Assembly: GCF_964204645.1 (NCBI RefSeq)
Contig: NC_134025.1
Coordinates: forward strand, 4,030,001-4,094,000
DNA from: Tubulanus polymorphus
Taxonomy: Eukaryota; Animalia; Nemertea
DNA: 64,000 bases
Direction of reading: 5' to 3'
Below are positions 1 through 12,200 of this stretch, in pieces. The notes under the pieces are model-generated. The model worked only from the letters and a program-made list of their open reading frames with translations. It was not told the DNA's origin and made no database searches. The number at the start of each line of letters is the position of its first letter. The stretch's first letter is position 1. The position numbers and the translations under genes are program-made.

Positions 1-244
1 TGGTGGTTTCATAATCCACTGCTTCGTTGTGTACATGTTCAGCAAAGAATCCGCTAGAGATTTTGACCAACAAGGACGACATTGTGAAGCTTGCACCGGA
101 GACAAAGAAGGCATTACTGTATAGATAATACTAATGACAGCCATAAATGCTACTAGACCGACAAGTAACAAGCGCAACTTATGTCCGAGTTTATCCCATT
201 CTGGAACCAACTGCCATACTTTTTCCAATAAAGTTTCCGTTTCA
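1..244 (-). CDS. Terminal exon: transmembrane helix plus KASH-like luminal peptide
   Basis: AG acceptor at 246-245. Translates ETETLLEKVWQLVPEWDKLGHKLR-LLLVGLVAFMAVISIIYTVM-PSLSPVQASQCRPCWSKSLADSLLNMYTTKQWIMKPP and runs off the window. This resembles the TM + ...PPPx end of KASH proteins. Confidence 0.85.
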
Positions 245-3200
245 CTAAAATAGGAAATAAACCATACATGATGATACAATCAACAGGGCTGCCAAACTCT
301 GAAACGTGCTATCAGTAACAAATTGTAAAACTTTTTCAGTATCATTTCATTGAAATATGGAAGAAAATATTCAAATTAATCAGTAATTGACAGTAAGAGC
401 CTCAGTAACATTTTTCATATTTCTGTATGTATTAGTCAAATCATAACAGTATTTTTTGTTATAAAATAGTAACAATTGGTACTGAAAATTAGGAACAGTT
501 GGCAGTTTTGAATAAATAGACCCAGTATACATAAAAATGATTTCTAAATGTGTGGCTGAGAGTGAAGTGTATAATTTCAAATAGGTTCACTCTTATAGTA
601 CATGTATATACTTCAACATTTCATTAATTCATTGTACATAATATATGAATTATGATTATCAGCAAAATAGAGAATACAAATAATTGGTGTTTAATCCAAT
701 TTTGGAGTTGCTTGGGTTCGGATATAATAAGGCTGTAAAACCTACGAATCAATTTTCTGAATTATCACAAATTACTTACAATTCTTCATCTTCTTCATCT
801 GGCAAATCATTCAGATCCATTAATTCTTCGAGTCCTTCACCAAATGCTGCCTGTTGCTCTCTAAACCCGTTCAAATCTTGTGATAATCCAGTACGCATAC
901 CCTGTTCAAACCTGTTGGCAAAATACATTTGTTATAGTTCTTACTATCTTAACTTTCCATTTCAATTTGGTCCTCTAGACTCTTACCCTTTTTGGAATAT
1001 CTGCTCCTTTTCTTCAGGGCCCCAATCAACAGTTTTCTTCTCATTAGCATTCGCATCTTTATTACAATCTGATAAAGGTTTCTCAACACTGAATTCGATA
1101 ACATATTCAAAATTTGTTAGTAAAACTTTTGTCAGATTTACCAAGCGTTTTTACAGTGGGTATAATAGTCATCACGAAAACATACCTTGGTTTAACTTGC
1201 AGGTTCTTTACATTTTCAGGTGTCTGTTTTTGGTCCTTTTGTTCCAATGAACATGTCCTTGCTGTTGTACTAAACGTGGGTTGCAGTCTACTCCTGGGGT
1301 CCTGAAAGTATCACAGCAAATTTTCAAAACTGACAAAAATCATAATACATGATTTATCTTAGTGTGTATAGATACTCAATGAATAAATAATACAACAGAG
1401 TGAAATTTGACAATCATAGCATGAATGAAACCTTACATGTAACACTTATAGAGCATGGTTTCCCGAGCAGAATTTATAAGATAAAACAGCGGAAAATTAC
1501 ATGTAATAGGAAGAATAATCAGCTAATCTATTACAAATCATAACATTCACCCTTCAGAAGCCTGTATTTGAAGTGACTAGGACATTTTCAAAATTCTTTC
1601 TCAAAAAGACTCTCTCAATTGTCAGAAGCGCGAAAGATATTCAGTTTGATTGATTGAGTAAATCAACAGCATACATCATTGATCATTGGAAAAAATAAAA
1701 GATTTCATCCAAGGAGACCTAACGGGCAGGTCCATAAAACCGGTGAGAAGGATAAGAGTAAGACAGTTGATATTGTATAAAGACACAACACTGACATGTC
1801 TTACCTCGACACTAGGTAATACTGAGCCCCGCCTCATTCCAATTTGCTGGCATTCAATAGAGAAAAACAAAAAAAGATAAGGCACCCATCACAAAATAAA
1901 TGCCCCAATCACCAAAACCTTATTTCAATACGTTCTGTAGTAAGCGTTCCCGCGGAAACTGTCAAGGTGATAAGAAAAGTATCCTTAAGCTCCATTCAAA
2001 TCTCTAAATTGTGAAAATACCAGTAAGCATCTTGAATATTACATGAACTAAACATTTGAAAAGAGGAAATAAATCACAGGGTAGTCTGAAAGATTCGTAG
2101 GAGGTAGGTATTCAGGGAAAATCCAATTAACTTATATCATATAGATGTAGTAATTTTTGATTGAGTTTAGCGGATTGTGAAACCACAGCACGAAAGGTTA
2201 ATCAAAGAGAAGCCATTGTTAATTGAAAATGATAGAGTGAATCATTGATTGATTGATCAGTGATCAGTGAGATAACATTACCGCAGAGAATCTCCGTGGC
2301 CCTCCGATCTAAAAATTCAAATTTCAACACAAAATGTACACAAAAAAAAACTAAAAGTCCCTATTGTAAATGTTATGTTACGTATCAAATATTGCATAAT
2401 CTGATCGACCCTAACTTCTTAAATGAATGTAGCGTATATTAATAATACCTTCACCTTCATATCAATGTATAATGTACACAAAATTCATGCAATATTTCAA
2501 CTGAATATACATGTATAAACAGTATTACAATTAAATTCTTCATTCGGATCTCCATCATAAATAATCTATTAACTAAAATGTGAAAAAATGATTCCAAGAT
2601 AATAAATCTGAAGATGACCAAATCCCCAAAAAATGAAGTTATAAAAACCTTTGAAAAGAAAAAAAATAAACACCTCATCGTAAAATGTGCATATATTTAA
2701 ATTGAAAACCACTCATTATCTACACATTTAGAAATTCAGAAAACACATCTACAACATGGTGGGTGGTACATGTTTTCTGATTATAATGTATTATAATATG
2801 ATCATGTGTTTCATGCACATTGAAGCCTGTAGGTATAATATGCCTGTTTACAGGAGCATACCTTTTGTACTCTCTTCAGAAGATTGATCTAATAATGAAA
2901 CATTACATAATCACATAAAGTACAATTGAATTTCTTTTTTAGGTTTTAGATTAAAGCTCTTGTTCTTTTTCAAATGGCCTCAAAGCCGAGCCGCGACAGG
3001 CACGAATATATATCCATTGTTTCCCTTAACTTACCATTGTTGATCCGCTTTGCCCAACTCCACCAAACAAGCGAGGAAATGCTGCAACACTGGCTCTACG
3101 GCGACCCATCTGTAAAAACCCAAGTAAATTCTGTAAAATCGTTACAATGTAGGCCTTAAATCTAGCATCATAATTACTACATTAGAGTTTTTGATGCCTG

Positions 3201-6200
3201 CTTTGTTAGAAGAAGCTGAAGATATTCAAAGAATTGACTTTCACACTAAATTAAATTGAATTATCATGAACAATGATGAATAGAAAATCGGCTACTATAT
3301 TCGTTTTGCTAGAATGCAACAGATTGATATTCAATCTATGTAATGAGCCCAATACCAAGCTGAATGATTTGAAATACAATGCAACAGAAAAAATAGATGC
3401 GTGAATTCCATTTACAAACAACATAAAACTGATTTATCTAAACAACTAGCTTATCAGAAAAATAAAATAATCCAAATTTCCAATACCTTCTACCCCAAAA
3501 ATGGTGCCAAATTAGCGACTACTAAAAAGTGCTCCAGTACCCACTACATAATACAAAACATAGATGACATAAGCTAGAGGTTACCTCTGTAGTGCTATTT
3601 GCTTGTTGCGGATGTGCTGGGGCCCGTAGGTGGTGATGACCCTGACTCGAGACATTCTGACAAACACAATAGGCATTGTTTTGCAGATTTATCAACAGGA
3701 AAAGACACCGATATTAAGTAAGGAATATTCTAATTATTGAAATATGATATTCCAGGTATTGGTGTCTTTCAACCCAAAAGAAGTGGTGCTTTTAGTAGAA
3801 AGATTTCGATTAAAAATGCAAACATTCATCATGAGAGCAGAAAACGCTTTTCATCTCAGAGAACAAACAATATTAGTACGCTCTACATGAATCACTTTGT
3901 TAACAAACATCATCAGAACACGACTGAAACCAATGAGAAACTGTGGAACATATAAGAAAACACTGACCTTAGCAGCACCACCAGCTACTGACATTGATCT
4001 TTTACTGAATCCTGGATGTCCATCTCCTGAAATAAGAAATATTTCTATGTGCACAATATAAGAAAATCGTATTGAAAAATCATTAATGCAACCAGAGACT
4101 GAGATGAAGACAAATATGTGGTGGTATAGCCAGGTGCCCGAAACGCACTAGAGGTGCATACAACAAATAGAAACAGAAATCATTATTCTGATTGGAAACA
4201 TGGTTCATCAGTTATGAGTTTTAATGAGCACTGGCTATCCAGCAATCACTTATCAAACTAATATAGATTAGTTCAATATAGGCCTGGATACTTCAGGAAC
4301 TCCGCAGGTTTCATTCGTCTAAGACATCGATCAATGCATATACACCTACCATAATCGGTAGAGCCAGAAGGTGGAATAATTCTGTTTTCTTGTAACAATT
4401 GTCTGAAAGAAAAACTTCGCCCTTAGATGTCGCATAATTCCAACCCACGAATCAATCAGAAATCAAAGAATGAAATGCAGACATTAAAAACCCACCTCGT
4501 TTCTTCTAGTTCTTGATCTTTACGTTCGTAGGCTTGCTTTATAGTTTCAACGTGTTGCACCATAATCTCGATAGCTCGACTTAACCGACCTTCCTGTATT
4601 AATAAGAGTAAAACTTTGATCATACGCATTACTCATTTATACTGATTGTAGCGGATAATCACGAGGCATTCAGTGATCCACTAATTACTTCTTTAAAAAT
4701 ATCGTATTTCCAATTTATCATACAGTCGGGCAATAAGGATTCTAGCTTTTAATGATGATTCACTGGACATAGATTGTTTTCGTAATCAGTGAAATATAAA
4801 AAGACATTTCATTCGCCCTCACCCAATGTATTCATAACAAATATAAAATGAACCTGAAATATGGAATTAAGTTAGTTTTTCATTAGAAAACGTTCAACAC
4901 AGAAACTGGATTAAAATGAACCATTGAATGACGTCGGTATCTCCAATGAAGAGACCTAAGTCATACTGTTTAACGGAATAAATGTTAAGTATAAATGATG
5001 ATTAAATGTTAACTATCATAATAAATGAACGCATGCAACTCCTTACAGACACCCATACTTCTATAAGCTTTGCTAATTTTGCGCATTCTATCACGCATGC
5101 AATATTCTTCAGAACTAGGTTCGGCAAATTACTGAAGTCAAGCTGAAATATAAAACAACAACTGAAAATGTGATATTCCATCATGAAGAGTCCCTGTCCA
5201 TCTAGCGGTACAGAAAATCAATAGAACTGGCATTGTATTCATGAAATTCCACCCTCTTCTGTCAAGGTTCCATGAAATTTTGATTAAACGCAATACATTG
5301 AGATTGACATGCAAGCAGTTTGCTAGAAAGTAGGATATATGTTTACCTGTTGAACAGCACCGTGTAATTCTGCTCGACTTGAAACTCTCGCCGTCGACTG
5401 TTCCAATACTTCAACATGACGCTGAACCTTAGCGAGCACTTCTCTTCCTTCTGATGTCACGCACTGTTGTCCGAGCAACTAAAATATTAGAACCATTTGC
5501 CTTAAGGCTCGAGACAGACTCTGTCTGCGAGAACTTTATACGGATAGAATTCAAAGAATAATTTCAACCGCTGCCAGAAATGTTTCACGTTCCGCCGGGT
5601 TATCACGTTAATAACTGCTCTCTGAAGTCACGTCTGATCTAAGTGGCTCATTAGAAGAGAGAGAGACAGAAAACACGAACCTTCAGAGATTCCTTCACAG
5701 ATTTCAGTTCTTTATCCACATTTTGTTCAGCCATATCTCTCGCACGTTCCTGCAGCTGGACTCTCTGATCCAGAGTCAAGCGGTCAGTTTTAAACGACAG
5801 CGAAAGCATCGCAAACTTCTCCTGAAGAGAACATAGAGTTTGAACATTTTGCTGGTTTTAATTTGTCGTGTACGTATAAAACGGTACCTCAAAGTTTAAG
5901 AGTTTGAAAGATGATAAACTGGATTCACGAGATGGGTATAGTAGTTATGACTAGTAGTTATGCGTTTTTTACAGCTGACTGCAGCCTCAGGGGATAGATT
6001 TGGTAGCTGATGTCTTATATTGATTCCGACACCCCACGGTTGTCACTGCATATACATGAATATCAAGCACGTATGAAAACTGTGGTTTTACACAAATCTA
6101 TCTATCTGCTATCTATGAACTGTTTTAGAAAGAGGTTCAGGGGTATGCATGATCGTAAAATCTGAAAACCAGTTGAAAACCTGCCTTATAGTTGATATAA

Positions 6201-9200
6201 AGGCGTTTAAACGCAGGCTTCAAAGCTGTAAGGGACCCCGACATACCTCCTGTCCGCATCTACCCCTACACAACGAAATGTGCCTTACATTTGAATATCA
6301 CTACGATTATAGATTTGAACATTATCAATAATTACCTCAAGTTCCTGTTCTGATAAGTTCTCAGCACTAAAATGAGAATAAGATATAACATATTTTCACT
6401 TTTTACCATGACCTGAGTTCACTACCTCTCAATGATTACACCTCTGTTGGGAGGCATTAAACGAAATGATGTAATATATGTGTTCGAGCATCAGTATCCG
6501 CTCCTGTAGCCATTAGTGATAGCGTTAAATAAGCTTCTTTAATAATCGATACTCGCTTTACGTAAATAGGATTCAACAAGAATTTGCTTCTGCTTCAACA
6601 ATACAATCATCAAGAAACCAAACAATTCAGAATATCATGACAAATACAACCAGTATGCCGGAGCATCCTGGAATTAGATCATGGATTTACTTTTATATAT
6701 TGAGAAAACGAAACCGGTGGTATAAATCATGATGTGAATTCATAAGAAAAAGATATACGAAACCCTACTAAATGGATTGGCTATATAATAAGCTTTCTGA
6801 CTAGATTTTATGCATTGCTAAGCCAATAAACATTTCTTTTAAAAACGGTGTTGACCCGAGTACAGATAATCTTTACGAATGTCTACAAATAAACGTCATC
6901 AGTAAGAAACGGGAGAATGAGGATCGGCAGCAGGGTAAAGAAGAGCAGCAGCCTTCACAGGAAATTAAGCTAAGAACGGTCAATGTGAACATCTCCGTGA
7001 GATAGCGAGACACGATTAACTCAGTCTCAGTAATGCATGTTCAGTTGTTGTATTTACCAATCCCACGTACGTATAATACGATTTATCTTCCCTTAAAAGG
7101 TAGACATGATTATTACGATGAAATAAAAAAAGAGTCAAATAGAGACAGAATGAAATGAGAACATCTAGTTGCATATTTATATTTACGTGTTGAATAAAAC
7201 CACAAAAAAACGGTTCTTTATTCTCAGTTATTATTACCTTCTGGATTTCATGGCTTGAAGCACGACCCGATGAAATGCCATGATAGAAACTATATAACCA
7301 GTAACCGATGAAAACAACGCTTATCCAAGAAATAACGGATGAATTCTTTCGGGTGATGTTTATCGGGTATCCAATGGAAGCGCACCGGTACCATCAACGA
7401 AAGCTGCCGATATCAATGGATTAAACCAACATCATCACCGGCTGAATCAGAGGCATCAATTTGTCGTTACTGTCGCATTAAAGTAGCTCATTTCAAGTCA
7501 AATAGTAAATGGCATAAGACTTCCCGGTATTAGCCGCTTGAAATTGACTACCGCGACTAAATGCAATTGCCGTGTGTTGGATGATTTCCGACCGGAATAC
7601 TGAGTGAAATCGAGGTACAATTCACGATCACGGACCGTTCGCTTTTTTCAACGTTTTTACTGCAAGTCCTCGAGCATATTATGTCTCGAACTTCCACAAT
7701 TTATCAGACGATTACATTCACATAGTCAACGATGATACAGACCGATCGTCACAGTAGCGTCGAATACAACCCGTAATATAACAGTGAGACGCCGCTGTGA
7801 TGTGGAAGAGAGAGAGACCTGTTGGTTGTTGAGTTACTGTGGAAATGACAATAACGACGGGTTTATATCTCTCCAGTTCCCGCGACGTAATTGCTTTACT
7901 AACTTTCAAGTTGCTTAATATTCCTCGGTATCTAATTTAGCATTGAAGATGTATATGGCAAATAAGACCGACTGCGTATCGTATCATACGCTCGAATAGA
8001 GCCAATTTCCAGTCCAAACAATATTAACCTGTTGTATACACAACCCTCCTGTATATATCGAATTCTTACCATTTCCATAAATTCATTCACTATACTTTTA
8101 TTTCATCATCTCAAACATATTTTCACTCTCGTTCAAACCAACGTTCTCCCATCGGTAGTAATGAAAGATGGATAAAGCTTCATTCCGCGTTGAAGAGATT
8201 TTCCCGCTAGATCGGGAAAAGGTCTCTTCATCAAATTACGTATGTTCAGGCGACTGTCAGGTGTTGCTTCTTTCGAAATTGATTCAGGATGCATCGGTTT
8301 GCCTGTTCTACCGATGAAATATCTCACAATTTCCCCATTCGGCGTGTTTTGCCAGCATTTGCTAATGGATGTGTGAAATGCAAGACCACAGTGATGTGAC
8401 TTGAGCCCCGAGGTTGTTGTCAAAGCTTCCAACATATGGCTCATTAGTTCACAGAATGGTAGGCGTCAATCATCGCTCCTCTCTGCTCTCAAAACCCATC
8501 ATCCACTCAATTTTACAGGAATTATTTTAGATGAGGCAAAACTTGCGATGACACATCGCCAATTGATAAGTTCTGATGACACTTGTGGGTATTTCTCCAC
8601 TTGAAACATTTCACGCTAGTGAAAATTTCAGCGCATTAAAATTGATCAATTGTCATGATTTCTTTATTAAATAAAGTTTGAACGTATACCATATACCAGT
8701 GTCAAACAAGGCAATGGATGGAGAGAACTAGAAATAAAGCTGCCATAAACAGACTAGTAAAGGTTTTATCATAAGCGCACTCGTGATGACCTTTTAGCTA
8801 ATAATCACTGGCTTAGGGCAGGCTGTAAAAACCAATACATTGCAGTAAGATTATTTCATAAATCATTCTTATGGTTAGATTGTGATGCAACTCATGAAAA
8901 TAAATAGGATGATACGAATTCACCAAAAATAACCAGCTTTCGAAAATGAAGGTGCGTAAGTGTCTTGTTGGTTTTTTATAAGCAAGCGTTATTTGGGTTA
9001 GAATTGCACGAATGTTCATTTGGGGACTACTCATTTATTACGGTTGAGCAGTGAAGGAAACCATGTTATTCGATACAAGCATCGGGTTGAATATTCTATA
9101 GGTTTCAGAACGCGCGCTCCGATATTACAACCACAAGACTAAGAATAATAAATAATCAATGAATTCTTTCTTTATTCATTTTTTATAGTGAATTTATCTC

Positions 9201-12200
9201 TTGAGGGGTAGAAATTTCCAATAACAAGAACTCCAGAGAGAAATCAAGCGAACATACACAGAATGCATCAATAAGATTGCCTTCTGTAACTTCGCGATTA
9301 TGCTACAATCAATAGTCTAGCTTCTAAACGGTATTTTCACCCACCCACATGGAATCAAATAAAATGTCAGAGATGGTATAATAGTTATTACTGTTATGTT
9401 GCAGAGTGCAGTTATGCAATATTGGCAATCACTTTACCCACTTGCTACAGTCCATCGATGAACTAATCAAAATTGAAGTCAGAGAATGAAATGATGAACT
9501 CGCGCATATTATTAGTTCATATAACATCATTAAAATCAATCTCAAATCCATAACATAAGTCTCTATATACATGTACCACGAAAAGCACTTCTAGCTACAA
9601 ATGCCAAATGATCTGAACATGCATTTCTAATGAAAGATTCATATCGTAGAATGTCTTAGATATTGACTGAGTAGAACTTCTCAGAAAGTCAACTGATCAC
9701 GCTATGTTTTTACGAGACTGTTGCGTAATGTCTCGTATGTATTCCAGTTGGCGATGAATACTAAAACAGCTAATTTCCCAAGTATATCAAAGATGTTAAT
9801 GATTTACGTGACGTGAATGAGAATCATCGATGATAGCTGTATACTCATACAATTACAGAAGTTGTTATCGCATGTTTTATGTATAACACTCGGTTATTCA
9901 CGGGTTCTTCATCAACATCTGATGTGATCAGAAAACTCAAACAAGTACAATACATGAACGCTGTATATAAAAGACCGACAATATTGGAAGAGTTAACAAC
10001 AAGAATCTGTTATACCGACAATTACTAAAGATGGGTAGAAACAGATTTTCATTAAATCTTCAATATTATGGGTATTTCATGATATGCACTTCATAGACTG
10101 CAACCACAAAAATATCGCAAAAAAAAAAACAGGTCTCATTCATAAATAAATGAACTATAGACTAAATTGATTTAGGCTGAACGATGGTAAACATGTGATT
10201 TCATTTCCTCAGCAATAATGAAATGTCACTCGGCTCAAAGTCTTGCGAGTAAACACTTCGACGTCCAATGAGAGGATGATTCTTACCTTTCTCCATCGTC
10301 TCCTAACAGGCCTAATTTCTTCAGCACTGGATCGGGAAGACTTGGAAACACAGGATGATCTTTATCGCTGGGGGTTTCTGATCCGGAATCCATACTTCCG
10401 CCTTTCACCGACTCAGTCTCTGACGTTTCCGCTAACTCCGGCATCGCCGCATGTTTCAACACCTTTTTCTTCAGTAAATGTTCCTGTAATAATTGACGTG
10501 TAAAACCGTTAAAAACAGTTTTACATTTGAGAATTCAAGCATGATTCGATAATCCTTTTATAACCGGAACATACAGAAATGAATGGTTAAAATTCTAACC
10601 TTCAGAACGGTATTTAAACTAACCCTGACCAGCAGCAGACGTTGTGCGTATGATACATTGAGGAACGACTGAATAAATATATGATTGATATAACTAGCCC
10701 TTCTTACCTCTCTGATTCGAGCTAATTGGACGTTACACGTAGGTCTTCTGTTAGATGAAACATCCGGATCATTCGATTGACTGAAAACATCTCTTCTGAT
10801 ATCAGCTTCCAAAAAATCCTGAATCGACAGAATACGATGAAAACCACATCAAAAAGGAAAGTCTGTTTTAAGTACTTTGAATGCAGGAGTAACTATTGAT
10901 CTTTCATACGAAAATTCGGTATGCAAGCTCATCATCGTGGTAGACAGCCGTGTGTATCGAAGGATCTTACCGAGAGTATAAACAAACAGTTATACGGCAA
11001 CTGAACAAGCAAGAAAATTGATCCTTTTAGAAACTAATCCAGTATGATATAAACTAAAGAAATTAGATCTGGAAACACTGTCAAATATCTCGCAGGAAAA
11101 GTAACATTTTTATTAGACTGAGCGTGTCGATTAGGTGCGTTTGATATAATGGGAAATACACAGGTGTCAGATAGAAAATACCAGCATGATAAGTTTCATA
11201 ATTGACTGGTAATGCACGAAACCCTACAGGAAAACAGATCATCACTAATAATCCCATCTATGAGGCTCTCAATGCTTTCATCGATTCGATGTTGGGCATT
11301 TGCATGATTTTTATCTCATTAAACAATCAGTTTCTATTCATATTATCTATAAGAATAGTTTACACGGTTAACGATAGAAAATGAGTAATTATTCTATGTT
11401 TCTGGTAATCGAATAAGCTCCAGTGAAGAGTTACGTACTAATCATTTCTCTGATATTATACCGTAAATTATCGCTAAATGTCAGAACTTATAACACCTGT
11501 CAGTATAAGCAATTTAAAGAAAAAAATCATAGAGAAAATGCATAAAAAATACATGCGTTAATGTATCCTGTTTCCAACCTTGTCGAGAATGATAAATGAG
11601 CGATTGCCTTGCCTTACCTGATCCGTCCTCGGTTCATACTTCAAACTGTCATCGGAAGAAAAAACCTGAGTTTGTCGTAAAATATGTCTACGTTTACAGG
11701 AGAGTTGTTGTTGACTAGGAATAAACTTCGCAATTTGATTGTGTCCTTGTTCCTCTGGCAGTGAAGTAGTAGTATAGGGCTTGAAAGCACTTTTTAGACT
11801 TGTTGCAAACTTATCCCCGAATGCTGGGCTGAAATTCACTTGTTTTCGCTCATCACCCGTTACTGAAGTTGTAGGTTTTGGTCGAATGAGATCAACATTT
11901 TCTGATGGTTTTCCGTCATTTTGTACTAATGAACCTGATAAATCTCCAAGACTGATTTTTCGTGGGGCGTAATCTTCATAGTCACTGATTTCACTTCTTA
12001 CCATACGAGACATGTTTCAAAATAAATTCCATTAATCACAAAAACGTCTGAAACCCTCCTACTATTCTCGACGCAATGGTCAAATCCATTAGCGAATTCT
12101 CTTTACACTGATTGACACGGCAAATACCTCGGGCAATAAAGACAGTTCAAATAAAACTAGTTCTTCGGAACAATAAAACGGATGTAAGATCTTGAGAACG

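Noticed and set aside
684-1250. 188-aa plus-strand ORF
   Set aside because: Antisense shadow of three minus-strand exons and their introns.
8573-8612. CTGATGA...GAAA hammerhead-like core
   Set aside because: The closing pair of stem II cannot form, and stems I/III are not evident.
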